DNA of 63,701 nucleotides, the filler included, from Octopus bimaculoides (Eukaryota), in NCBI RefSeq assembly GCF_001194135.2. It is 6 parts of 6 records of this genome, joined end to end, with 100 filler letters (N's around TTAATTAATTAA, not from the genome) between each part and the next. Parts side by side here need not be neighbours in the genome. Positions count along the whole stretch, not along the records: positions 1 to 9,168 come from NC_068988.1; positions 9,269 to 27,308 come from NC_068982.1; 4 more parts are not named here. One strand, given 5' to 3'. Shown here piece after piece: positions 1 through 11,260 of this stretch. Within the stretch, counting starts at the first letter, position 1. Every line of letters begins with the position of its first letter. The translations under genes were made by a program, and so were the position numbers. The notes below the pieces were generated by a model. The model made no database searches. It was not told the DNA's origin and saw nothing but the letters and a program-made list of their open reading frames with translations.

Positions 1-41
<41 letters not shown>

Positions 42-70
42 TATGTGTGTATCTTGCCACATGTATGTGC

Positions 71-215
71 TGGCTTGGCTGTGTAGTTTGCTTCCCAACC
101 ACATGCTTTCAGGTTCAGTCCAATCTGTAGCACCTTGGATAAGTGACTTCCACTATAACCATGGGTCAGCCAAAGCCTTGTGAGTGGGTTTAGTGGAATA
201 AAGAAACCTGTCATG
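71..215 (+). mobile_element. Degenerate tRNA-derived SINE head (OK-like family)
   Basis: GGCTGTGT...TTGCTTCCCAACCACATG...GGTTCAGTCC...CACCTTGG...CAAAGCCTTGTGAGTGG aligns by eye with the better-preserved copy at 58608-58765. Confidence 0.75.
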
Positions 216-689
216 TGTATGGGTGTGTGTGATTGTGTCTCTGCCGTGATATCATGTGACAATTGTAAACAAGTGTCACCGCAATACAAGATGTGTCATT
301 CATTTCCCATCTTCCACACAGAGCATGTCTGATCATGAGGAAATATTATCTTACTTGGAAAAGCATGGGTTGGCAATGCAAAAGACATTCAGCTACAAAA
401 AAATCTTCCCCAACTCCTATGAGCATGGAAAAGAGGATATTAAAATGATGTGTGTGTGTATACACATACAGGGTATTTGGGCTAAATTTGACAGTTTGTA
501 TGAAAAGTAAAGATAACACAATATCTTATCAAAAAATAAAAGCATTTTTAAAAAATCAAAAGAAATATCATTTGGATTATGGTTGGGAGATAACAGTTTA
601 CTCAAAGTAACTACCCCCAGCTTCCACCATAGCCTCAAGGTGGCTATGGAACCTGGTGCATGCATTTCTCACTGTGTCCCTTTGAGCAT

Positions 690-1430
690 CTCCTTGATGT
701 TGCCCCCCTCCCAGCTTGGCCTTGGTGTTGTAAGCAGAACAATTGGTGTCTTTCTCAACTGCACCTCATATAGTAATCCATGGGATACAATCAGGGGAAT
801 TAGGAGGCCAGAAATTGGGGTCAGTGAAGTCATAGAAATTCCCTGACAACCACTTCTGACTCTTCCTGGACATATGGCAAAGATCTGAATCCTGCTGCCA
901 CCAGCTCCATTGCATGACTTTTAGAGGCCCCCTGCAACTTTTTGTTTCAAGGGCCCATCCCTTCAATCAAAATTCATTATCTACACACCTTTTATTCATA
1001 GCTATATTTTACTTTATTCCATCTGATGTTCAATTTTTCATGTTATCCAAAAGAACATCTTTAAAAGTACAAGTTAAAAATTTATTTAGGTCCATTACAA
1101 ATAGTTTAATTCTTGTTCAACATCTTAACCAAAGTAAATAGATAACTCATCTACGTACTTTGATGTTGACATGGGTCCCCTCAACCACGGAGGCACCCTG
1201 TAACCACAGGGGTTGCAGGGGCTTAGCAACGGCCTTGGCTGCCACACATAGCCTTCTGGAGCAACCCTCTCCAGCTAGGGTTTGACCATAGGCAACAACA
1301 GTTTCACATAGTTGTCTGAATTGAGCGTAAGGCCCTGTTCAAAAGTGCTGGGTGGCATGACATCACTCTCACTGGAGACACATGGCTTCTAGTCCTCCAT
1401 GTGAGTTAACATTTTCTCAGTCACAACTTT
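690..1430 (-). mobile_element. Tc1/mariner-superfamily transposase remnant, DD37D (maT) type, interrupted by an insertion
   Basis: Minus strand reads CVSSESDVMPP..FEQGLTLNSDNYVKLL..VKP.LERVA..GYVWQ|QDSDLCHMSRKSQKWLSGNFYDFTDPNFWPPNSPDC(N)PMDYY..GAVEKDTN. After repairing one frameshift there are 37 residues between the 2nd and 3rd catalytic Asp. Confidence 0.85.
902..1237. mobile_element. 336-bp MITE-like insertion with 8-bp target-site duplication (hAT-like)
   Basis: GCTGCCAC at 894-901 and 1238-1245. Removing the insert restores GYVWQQDS. Termini CAGCTCCATTGC and revcomp CAAGGCCGTTGC are weakly inverted, with subterminal GCCCCTGCAAC. Confidence 0.7.
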
Positions 1431-1671
1431 AGTCATTATGTTCTCCAATGCTGTTGGCTATTCAGCAATACATCTAGTTCCTGAAAAAAATAAATGGAAC
1501 CATAAAAAATTGTCAAATTTAACCTGAACACCCTGTGTGTATATATGTGTGTATATGTAAGTATGCGTCTATATATGTGTATGCGTATATATGCATGAGT
1601 ATATGTGTGTGTATGCATAAATATGCATATATATGTATGTATATGTGTGTGTGTATATTTATATATATATG

Positions 1672-1704
<33 letters not shown>

Positions 1705-1888
1705 AAATTAGATGTTGTCATGATAGTAAAATTAGGAATAACTATTTAATGATATTAATCACAATATAGTTAAATGTATAATAATAATAATAGTAACAAT
1801 AATGTCAATAATATTAACTGTTGTATTGACTATATCGATATTCCTACAATAATAGTTATAACTATAATAATTATAATCATTATACTTA

Positions 1889-2069
1889 TTTAGCATTTCA
1901 ATTGGCCATACCAGGCTCAAATATTCTACCTGTTTTATAACCCCACCCTAAAAATAGACTGTCACATCATTGACATCTCATAGCTACAAGGTTATGCACA
2001 ATTAATTGAAAATAATGTGAATAAGTAAACATTACATTTGACAAAGTAATCTGAATGTTAAAGGGTTAA
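1889..2069. mobile_element. Non-autonomous DNA element fragment with a piggyBac-like terminus (..AAAGGGTTAA)
   Basis: Right end GAATGTTAAAGGGTTAA. The left end TTTAGCATT is a partial inverted match with the TTAACCC terminus missing. Confidence 0.45.
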
Positions 2070-2099
2070 ATTACCTTCAAAACTCTATTACTTGAAGCT

Positions 2100-2600
2100 A
2101 CATAAAGTTTTTTATTAACTCTCTGATGGTTTGGGCTACATACAGAGCTGTACACATTGTTCTCCCTGTAGCTTATCTTCTTATGGTTTCTAGTCTTATC
2201 TGCTGGGCAAATAACTGTAGTTTTGAATTTCATCTGGCCTGTTTGTCACTTCTTTTTCAGTGCTTAATTGTACCTGCTAATGGTTACTATTTTAAATGAT
2301 TGATGATTCTTTGATGATGCTCTACATATACTTTTCTTACCTTTAAACCCATAATCTTTGATGGTACTTGTCTGATTTATGCCTTATATCTGTTCTTCCC
2401 TTGATTCTTCAATAGTGCCATTCCATTTTCTTTTTTCTCATTAACTTCGAAGATGTTTTTAAAATTGAATCCATTGTTTATCTGAAGTGATTTCTCTTTT
2501 AATACACTGTGCTTCATTATTATTTCATGTTTCCAAATAATCTTGGTATAAAACATCTATTTTATTTTATTCTTAACCCCTATGTCTAATTTACCCTTCT
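2100..2600 (-). mobile_element. Possible highly decayed PLE GIY-YIG region
   Basis: Fragmentary peptides KNIFEVNEKK / IRQVPSK / EHHQRII / HQMKFKTTVI loosely resemble a PLE endonuclease C-terminus; many stops. Confidence 0.25.
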
Positions 2601-2767
2601 TCCACATATTTTCTAATTATATTGCATCTCATCCTTGAGTATGGCTTTAAAAATCATATATTATGTGCTGAATTCTAGATTCTTTGTATGCATTTTGCGT
2701 GTGTGTGTGTACACACACAAGCACATGCATGCATATGCACACTTGTACTCACACACACACATACTTT

Positions 2768-2930
2768 TTCAACTTGTTTCAGTCATTGGATTGCAGCCGT
2801 GCGGGGTCACTATCTTGAACTATTTTAGTTGAATGATGGACCCTAGTACTTTTCTTATAAATCTCTCATACTGAACTAAGTTGCAAGGACATAAACAAAC
2901 AGACATCAGTTGTTAAGTGGTGGTGTGTGG
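2768..2930 (-). mobile_element. SINE 3' module (reverse orientation)
   Basis: TTGTTTCAGTCATTGGATTGCAGCCGTGC is the reverse complement of the tail seen at 57449-57635. Confidence 0.7.
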
Positions 2931-3246
2931 AAAGAGTCACACACACAAATGCATACATATATATATTTATATGTGTATATGTACAAAATATGGGAGTTTA
3001 GTTCACAGGTAATCTAAATGACTAGGTACACTGGATAAGTGCTGGTAATATGTGTATATGTATATATATATATATATAAATATATTAGTTTATGTATATA
3101 TTAATATTATCTCAGTTTAAAAAAAACCTTTGACAATGTAAATATGTTAATAGTTACCATGGGTAGCAAAAATTACACAAAAAACCAGGATATCACACCC
3201 GTTTTATAGGTAGAGATACCAAGTTGAAGTGATGCATTTTGAGTAG

Positions 3247-3826
3247 ATATGAATAATAACAATAAATGGAGCAAAACTCATATAAATAAAAGTTCCTTTA
3301 ATTCCTACACATGTTTCAAAATATATGTGTGCTCTCTTCCAAAGAAGTAAGAGCTGCTGGAATTCCACATATATTCATCATCAGGGAATCAACATATAAA
3401 AGCAAGACAAATGCGAANNNNNNNNNNTTACGAGCTATAATATTACATGGCCAAGTAATATTATAGCTCGTAAGTTACCTCATCATTTCGCATTTGTCTT
3501 GCTTTTATATGTTGATTCATCATCATCATCATCATCGTTTAACGTCCGTTTTCCATGCTAGCATGGGTTGGATGATTTGACTGAGGACTGGTGAGCCGGA
3601 TGGCTGCACCAGGCTCCAATCTGATTTGGCAGAGCTTCTACAGCTGGATGCCCTTCCGAACGCCAACCACTCCGAGAGTGTAGATTCCCTGACGATGTAT
3701 ATATGTGGAATTCCAGCAGCTCTTACTTCTTTGGAGGAGAGCACACATATATTTTGAAACATGTGTAGGAATTAAAAGAACTTTTATTTATATGCATTTT
3801 GCTCCATTTATTGTTATTATTCATAT
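3247..3826. mobile_element. Foldback/MITE: near-perfect palindromic element with a central hairpin
   Basis: 3247-3417 is the near-exact reverse complement of 3487-3518 plus 3688-3826. A perfect 19-bp stem lies at 3428-3446/3455-3473. Flanks are TA-rich. Confidence 0.85.
3519..3682 (-). mobile_element. 5'-truncated retroposon 3' end with (GAT)n tail, inserted in the foldback arm
   Basis: (CAT)n-CGTTTAACGTCCG...GCATGGGTTGG; GATTC duplicated at 3514-3518 and 3683-3687. Confidence 0.8.
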
Positions 3827-3899
3827 ATATAAATATATATATATGTATTATATATGTATGTATATAAATATACATTGCCCATTGTCGCACATTGTCCTG

Positions 3900-4890
3900 T
3901 TGAAACATCAGGGTTTTTTTCCTTCAAAGCTTGGTTCAAACGCTCTAATTGCTGACAGTAGGCTTGAGCATTGATTGTTGCATTAGGTGGTAACAATTCA
4001 AAGTGAATTATTCCTTTGCAATCCCACCAGATAGAGAGAAGAACCTTTTTTCCATGAAGTTCCTTTCTCAGATGTGGTTGAGCTTTTTCCCTTTTACCAA
4101 GCCACTGTTTACGACATTTAACATTTCGATAGAAGATCTATTTTTTTTGTCACCAGCCACAAGTCTATCCAAAACAGTTGAAACGAGTTGGCCAGAATGG
4201 AGAGAAGAGCAGATGTCAACTCAGGATTTGCGGTTGCTTTCGGACAATTTATGAGGCACACATTTTCCAAGTTTAGGAACCTTTCCAAATTGTTGAAGAT
4301 GACGATGAACAGTTGTATGGTTTNNNNNNNNNNGTTGCTTTCGGACAATTTATGAGGCACACATTTTCCAAGTTTAGGAACCTTTCCAAATTGTTGAAGA
4401 TGACGATGAACAGTTGTATGGTTTGAACTAAGCTTTATTGCCTATTCTTCAACTGATAATGCAAGATTTTCTCCATGTAATGCCTCAAGGAGCTTATCAT
4501 CAAATTCAACTGGATGTCCTGTTCGATCTTCATCTTCTAGGCTAAAATCTCCACTTCTGAATTTTGCAAACCATCTCCTGCAAGTTCTTTCATTCAAGCA
4601 TTCTTTTCCATAAATTGAGTGTATGTTTCGAGTCGCTTCGGCTGCAGAATTTCCCTACTCTTAAAGCATTATGTGCCTCAAATGCTCTTTGGATACTTTC
4701 ACGTTAGAAAGGGTTTTAATCAAAGAAATTTTAATTCTATTATTCTGTAAAATAATATTTAATTAGTTTAAATGTACACAAATGCATAAAAATAATTTTT
4801 AATTCCATTAGACATTCTAAAATACTATTAAATTTCATTCAATTTTAAAAAAGGTAAAATCAGACAGAACTTATGGGAATACCTGATATG
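3900..4890 (-). mobile_element. Mariner transposase remnant (3'-truncated)
   Basis: Minus strand: GNSAAEATRNIHSIYGKECLNERTCRRWFAKFRSGDFSLEDEDRTGHP, then GKCVPHKLSESN and KKVLLSIWWDCK(GI)IHF. TIR-like TATCAGGTATTCCCATAAGTTCTG lies near 4865-4888. Confidence 0.9.
4230..4422. other. Assembly artefact: sequence duplicated on both sides of a 10-N gap
   Basis: GTTGCTTTCGGACAATTTATGAGG...TATGGTTT is identical at ~4230-4323 and 4334-4422. Confidence 0.85.
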
Positions 4891-5439
4891 TATATAAGTA
4901 ATCAGAAAATGGAAAAAACCTCAGCTTAACCAACAAATCTATTGGCCCACTTAGAAAGCTTATTATTTAATACAAAACATGACATAAAGTTTATGTTACA
5001 TAACAATTCTTTCGGCCGTTTCTGCTTCTGATGCCAGTCAGTGCCTACAAAGAATTGCGAAAATAATATTTTTTCATTTTCTTAGGACATTCGCACTAGA
5101 ACACAAAGCTTCATCAGAGTTAATACAAAAGTGTCCAAAATAAAGAGAAGGAAGAGGGAATAGGAAAGAAAAACATGGCCTAGCAAAGTCTGGAAGTGCA
5201 ATATATTAAAAAACATACAATCTTCCATCATAGGGCTTCGAAATTCATAGGTACCTATGTATGTACGTACATATTTATATGGAATGTGAAATATGAATAC
5301 ATGGAATATGAACTTTTTTTGTGAACAACGAAGAAAGTAAATGGAAAACAAGACACGCAACATAAAGACTGACCCTTTATCAGTTATCAGCTGTTTTTCT
5401 AATCCATATTTTGAGCATTTCAAAAAACAGCCATAGCCT

Positions 5440-6430
5440 ATACCAGTGTTGCATAACCAGCCCATTTAAAAAGTACCTCTGAATTGTCGGGTGATGGTGT
5501 GGGTACTGGGAAGTGGTCAGCACTAGTGTGTGGTGTGGTATGGTAGTGTGAGGTGTTGTAGTGTGTGGTTTGGTGTGGTGGTGTGTTATGTGGTAAGATG
5601 TGGTGTGATGATGTTGAGGTGTGGCAGAGGCGAGGGTGGGAGGAGCAAGGGTGGGGTATGTGGGAGTGGAATGTGTGGATGGGATGTATAAGGATGGTGG
5701 GTGGGAATGTGAAGGGTGAGGTTGGAAGGGAGGCAGTGGGTAGGAGGGAAGAGAGGAGAGGAGAGGTTCGTGGGAGTGAAGGGCGGAAATAGGTGTGAGA
5801 GGAAGAGAGGAGAGGGGTGGTGAGGTTAGATGAAGAGGGGAGGAGAGTTGAGCCCATGTGGCACAAAGGGGCGAAGAGAGAAGATTAACTCCTGTTAACA
5901 GCGAAGACAGGAATCCGGATGGCCCCTTTGGAAGGACAATCCAAACACAGACAGGTGTTGTAAAGAATGACCCGTAGAGTGGAAATGGATTGAGACTCGG
6001 GTGTCATTGTTGAATCTGATGTCTTGGAGATGTTCCACGAACCAGTCAGCCAAGCAGCATCCCAGTTGACCGATGTACTGAGAAGGACAGAGAGCAGGAG
6101 ATGCAGTAGATGATGTTGCAAGAAGTGCAGGTGAAGGAGTCAGTGATATGATAAGGTTGATGATGGGTGCCAATGAAGATGGTGGTGTTGGAGAGGTAAG
6201 GGCAAGTGCGGCAGCGTGGGCGATAGCAGGGGAACGAGTTGGGTGGGAGGTTGGGCTAGGGAAGAAACTATGAACCAGGTCAGGTAGGTTGTGAGCTCCT
6301 TTGAGGGAGGGGAGGGGTTGGTTATGGGAGATATGCGAAGTGGAGGGGTCAGACTGGAGTCACTGGGAGGTTTGGAGAATGGTACGTTGGAGAGGTAGGT
6401 GGTAGATGAGGGGAAACAGGAGATGGGTGA
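5440..6430 (-). mobile_element. Penelope-like element 3' part: GIY-YIG endonuclease plus purine/pyrimidine-skewed 3' UTR
   Basis: IYCISC..CPSQYIGQLGCCLADWFVEHLQDIRFNNDT.VS.HF.STGHSLQHLSVFGLSFQRGHPDS.LR..QELIFSLRPFVPHGLNSPPLFI*. Confidence 0.9.
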
Positions 6431-6439
6431 TGGTGGGGA

Positions 6440-6554
6440 GAGAGAGAGAGCAGATGCACAGTCCACATAAATATGTATATATGTAATATACATATATATA
6501 CATGCATATGTATATATATATGTATGTATATATACATACATATGCATATCTATC

Positions 6555-6587
<33 letters not shown>

Positions 6588-6824
6588 NNNNNNNNNNNNN
6601 NNNNNNNNNNNNNNNNNNNNNNNNNNNNNNNNNNNNNNNNNNNNNNNNNNNNNNNNNNNNNNNNNNNNNNNNNNNNNNNNNNNNNNNATATATATATGTA
6701 TGTATATATTTATATATATATGCATATGGATATCTGTGTATATGGATATATATATATATGTATATATATATGTCTATATATGTGTATATATATGTGTGTA
6801 TATGTATATATATATGTATGTATA

Positions 6825-6907
<83 letters not shown>

Positions 6908-6915
6908 ATATTTAT
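6440..6915. repeat. (TA)n/(TATG)n microsatellite with gap
   Basis: Direct inspection. Confidence 0.95.
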
Positions 6916-6984
6916 GTAATCAAAATAAGCAACAAGGATATCCAGAGGTAATGCAGTACGATCATTTCATGCAGCTCCACTTAA

Positions 6985-7431
6985 TTGAACAATGCAATCA
7001 TTACATTAAATGACAACCCATCCTACAAACCTAACATTTTAAATAATAATAATAATAATAGAGTATGCTTCAATAGGAGACAGGATACTAAAACGAGTAA
7101 GAAGCTTAGGTTATATAAAGAAGGTGACCATGAAAAAGAAATGATTACTCCTCCAGAGAAGGGATCCACTAGAAATATATATAAAACTATTAATCATGGC
7201 ACGATTCTAGGGAGCAGGGATAGTACAAGTATATCTTGCCCTTACTTACAGAAAAAATTTGAAGGTAAGAATCTCGTATGGCTCAGTATCCCATACAACT
7301 GTGCATTATCAACAAACATATATAGAAAATTTATGGCTGTTTTAGAAAAAAACTTCCCTAATTCCCATAGATATAATAGAATGTTTTCACGTAAGACAGT
7401 TAGAATCTCATACTCTTCTCTCCCCATATAG
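6985..7431 (+). pseudogene. N-terminal part of a PLE-type GIY-YIG ORF (segment normally downstream of RT)
   Basis: KNLVWLSIPYNCALSTNIYRKFMAVLEKNFPNSHRYNRMFSRKTVRISYSSLP matches the PLE motif W.NPPY...TN....FL..IDKHFP..H.Y..IFNR..IKVSYS. One frameshift at ~7427 joins it to the 7581 frame, which is open from 7428 (IGTIIARLNRK). Confidence 0.75.
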
Positions 7432-7580
7432 GTACCATCATAGCTAGATTAAATAGGAAGAATATAAAATTAGCCAGAATTGTTGATGATGATAATAATA
7501 ATAATAATAATAATAATAATAGTACTGTCAACTATAACTTAAACCCCCAAAATGAAAATAGTAGTAGTGATGATGATGGG

Positions 7581-8264
7581 GTGAATAGAATGAATAGTAG
7601 TAGCACTTCTAATAAAAACATTATGGATTGTAGTTCCAGTACATATACTGGCATGGAAACTATTAGTATGCCTGATGATGCAGAAGCGATTTTATATGAT
7701 AATATGATTGAAGTGAAGTTAGAAAATAACAGACGTGAACATAGCGTACTTGATAATAGAATTATTAATAGCGAAAATATTAACAATAAAAATAATAGAA
7801 ATCTTAATAATACTAATATTAATAATAATTCTCCTAGTTGCAATTGTAGAGTTAAATCCCGCTGTCCGTTATTAGGCCAATGTCTTACCCAGAACGTAGT
7901 ATATAAATGTACAATAATAATTACAACTAATAATTATATTTACTTCAATTGTTCGATTAATTTGATACAGCATATATACAATCACGTATCGTCCTTTAAA
8001 GTTAAACATAAGGCGAATTGTACGTCATTATCCAGTAAGATTTGGGAATTGAAAGGAAGTGGAATTGAGTTTAGCCTCAAATGGGAAATAATAAGAAATG
8101 CTCAACCTTATAGAAATAGCAGATATTGGTGTGAGCTTTGCTCTATGGAAACATATGAAATTTTTAAGCATAAAAATAATGGCAACCTGATTAATAATCG
8201 ATTAGACCTTAGGGTATCATATGTACATAATGCCACCCATACTTTTAAATATTCTATAAAGTAG
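7581..8264 (+). CDS. PLE-type GIY-YIG endonuclease domain with Cys cluster (likely inactive copy)
   Basis: CNCRVKSRCPLLGQCLTQNVVYKC...YIYF...HIYNHVSSF...TSLSSKIWELK....FSLKWEII......CELCSMETYEI....LINNR. YIG is changed to YIY and the catalytic Arg appears replaced by His. Confidence 0.8.
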   Translation: MNRMNSSSTSNKNIMDCSSSTYTGMETISMPDDAEAILYDNMIEVKLENNRREHSVLDNRIINSENINNKNNRNLNNTNINNNSPSCNCRVKSRCPLLGQCLTQNVVYKCTIIITTNNYIYFNCSINLIQHIYNHVSSFKVKHKANCTSLSSKIWELKGSGIEFSLKWEIIRNAQPYRNSRYWCELCSMETYEIFKHKNNGNLINNRLDLRVSYVHNATHTFKYSIK

Positions 8265-8354
8265 CATTTTATTGATCTTGTGATTTAAAACCTATAATGT
8301 ACCTCTTAGTTTAAAATCAGTGCATAGGTAGCATGCTCTATAGCATTAATTTTC

Positions 8355-9168
8355 CTTTAGTTAATACTGGGTATCAGTCATTATAGATCCAAGCTAATTA
8401 AGTAAATAAACAATTTTTAGTTTTAAACATTTGTATTATTACATATTTTCTATAAATCTTCTCTATTGAAGTTACTAAGTTGTATAGATACTTCATCATG
8501 ATTTTAGTGATTAAGCTATTTTATATCGATTTCTATTGTGTTTCTACCCTACCCAATCATTTTAATAATTCATAATTGCCTTTAGACAAACCTAAATTTT
8601 TGTACCCCTATAAATTCATACTTAGTTTATAAAAACAATATGGTTGTCTTCATAACTTAAAATTAAACTGCTTAGATTATAATTTAACTAATTTATAGTA
8701 AATTTGTTCTCTCACCTCAAAGATAAATCTTCCTGATAACCCTAAATTTTAACTTTGTACAATATGGACATATTTAAAATAGTTTTAGTAACTAAGTTTT
8801 TTATCCCTTTCTTAAAGTGTTCTGTCCTAATTTTTGGTATTTATATTGGCTTTATACAAGCAACCATTCTAATTAAGTACCCCTAAGAAACTAATATCAT
8901 TTATGGATTAACACAAATAACTTTTAAAATTATATTATACTTCTTAATTTAATATTAGTATATAATTAGCATGTCCTTTTAACAACAATTATTCTTTTAA
9001 CCAATACCGGGTTTCAGTCCTGATTATAAAAAGCTAAATAAGTTCATTAACAATTTTTAGCTCATAATACTTAAATTATTATACATTTTATATAAATCTT
9101 TGCTATTGAAGTTAATAAAGTATGGATATTTTATTATGGTTTTAGTGATTAGGCTGTCTTTATTCCTT
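8355..9168. repeat. Diverged direct repeat (~175 bp, ~640 bp apart) downstream of the GIY-YIG ORF; pLTR-like
   Basis: AATACTGGGTATCAGTC...AACAATTTTTAG...TATAAATCTT...CTATTGAAGTTA...TTTTAGTGATTA at ~8355-8530 and ~8995-9168. Confidence 0.75.
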
Positions 9169-9268
9169 NNNNNNNNNNNNNNNNNNNNNNNNNNNNNNNN
9201 NNNNNNNNNNNNTTAATTAATTAANNNNNNNNNNNNNNNNNNNNNNNNNNNNNNNNNNNNNNNNNNNN
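9169..9268. other. Scaffolding placeholder 44N-TTAATTAATTAA-44N (also near 27353, 55413, 60140, 62390)
   Basis: The same 12-mer, which has stops in all six frames, is centred in 100-bp gaps five times. Confidence 0.95.
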
Positions 9269-10304
9269 ATATATATGGATGGATGTACGTATGTATATAA
9301 GGTAAGTATGTACGAGTTTTTATGCATAACTGTCGGTATATATGTTCCTATATAGCAAGAAATTGGGCGAAAACCATTGAATAGATAAAATAAAATAAAA
9401 TAAAATAAAATAAAAGAGTTTTCAATGAAATATTAAATGTATGCATATCTAAAAATATTCCTGGCTTTTCGATTGTTTAGTTTAATTAAATTCACTTTAC
9501 GTGTCGGCAGGATAAAGAATGTTAATTGAGTAACCGATTCACATGGATAGTTCCTGTTTCCGATGCATCATAACAATAAAGCACAATGATACTAAACATT
9601 GAGAACGGTGCAATTCACCACTAAACTGAATTAAAAGAACTTCATAATTCAACTCTTCTCGACAATGCTCTATTATGAGATTCCATAAATTGTATACTCG
9701 ACAATAAATCATGACAATGGGTGATCTATCAACCAAAGTAATATTATGAATTTTCCTTTTTTTTTATTGTTAGAGTAAAATATAAAATTATATAAAGATT
9801 AGGGCGCAGCCATTACTCGTGGAAAACATGTCAAATACTAGTTTGAATTACCACGAAACTAGCAATAAATTTTGTTGTACTATTTATAAAAGTAAAACAT
9901 TTGTAAAGTGGTCATTGTGCCGTAACCACACGAAGCAGTAACACCACCAGTATGTAAATAATTAAAATAGGAATCTCTAATATTGGCAAAGGTTTTGTTA
10001 AATAAAAAAAAAGGTGATTAAATCGATCCATAACATGATGGATACTAAACTTATTAACCCCAGAAAATTATAGCAAACATTTATCTATCAAAGCTGCTCG
10101 TATTTCAAATTAAAATGTAACTAAATACAACATGAGTTTTTGTTCAGCTCTATAAATAAAGTTTTAAGCCACTAGTATACTACAATGACAATTTTGCTTA
10201 TTAAAACCAAGAACATAGAATGTAAATTTGAGGGGTTATGTAATCAGAATAAAATGGAAATATAAATATGCTTTGTGAAATCCTACAAATATACACGCAG
10301 ATAT

Positions 10305-10455
10305 AACTGTGTCCTAAGCTGTTTCATTACTAACAACATGATTCTGGGTTCAATCCCGCTGCCTGGAAATTTGGAGCCGCGTCTTCTACACTAGGAAAGC
10401 ACCGACCAAATTCTCTCACACGGATTTTTGGGACGGAAACTGTAAAAACACTCTT
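10305..10455 (+). mobile_element. Degenerate OK-like SINE head followed by (TA)n and gap
   Basis: CAACATGATTCTGGGTTCAATCCC...GTCTTCTAC...CCGACCAAA...GGATTT...GACGGAAACTG. Confidence 0.7.
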
Positions 10456-11095
10456 ATCGATTATATATATATATATATATNNNNNNNNNNNNNNNNNNNN
10501 NNNNNNNNNNNNNNNNNNNNNNNNNNNNNNNNNNNNNNNNNNNNNNNNNNNNNNNNNNNNNNNNNNNNNNNNNNNNNNNNNNNNNNNNNNNNNNNNNNNN
10601 NNNNNNNNNNNNNNNNNNNNNNNNNNNNNNNNNNNNNNNNNNNNNNNNNNNNNNNNNNNNNNNNNNNNNNNNNNNNNNNNNNNNNNNNNNNNNNNNNNNN
10701 NNNNNNNNNNNNNNNNNNNNNNNNNNNNNNNNNNNNNNNNNNNNNNNNNNNNNNNNNNNNNNNNNNNNNNNNNNNNNNNNNNNNNNNNNNNNNNNNNNNN
10801 NNNNNNNNNNNNNNNNNNNNNNNNNNNNNNNNNNNNNNNNNNNNNNNNNNNNNNNNNNNNNNNNNNNNNNNNNNNNNNNNNNNNNNNNNNNNNNNNNNNN
10901 NNNNNNNNNNNNNNNNNNNNNNNNNNNNNNNNNNNNNNNNNNNNNNNNNNNNNNNNNNNNNNNNNNNNNNNNNNNNNNNNNNNNNNNNNNNNNNNNNNNN
11001 NNNNNNNNNNNNNNNNNNNNNNNNNNNNNNNNNNNNNNNNNNNNNNNNNNNNNNNNNNNNNNNNNNNNNNNNNNNNNNNNNNNNNNNNNNNNNNT

Positions 11096-11260
11096 ATATA
11101 TACTAGCAGTATAACCCACCCTTGTCCGGGTGTGACTTATTACGCCATCTACGATAAGTCTTGCTAGGTGAAAATCAACAAAAAAGAAACCCTTACAACG
11201 AAAAAACCGTTATGATGGAAGTATGTTTATAATTCAAATGACGATGAAATTAATAGGGAA
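11096..11260 (+). mobile_element. Possible Helitron/Helentron-type non-autonomous element terminus
   Basis: TATACTAGCAGTATAACCCACCCTTGTCCGGGT resembles the ACTAGC..ACCCG..CGGG terminus and hairpin of such elements. Confidence 0.35.

Noticed and set aside
5438-5866. His/Pro/Ser-rich ORF
   Set aside because: Translation of the strand-skewed PLE 3' UTR.
9213-9224. Recurrent TTAATTAATTAA spaced like a repeat array
   Set aside because: Always centred in identical 100-bp N blocks; an assembler placeholder, not biology and not CRISPR.
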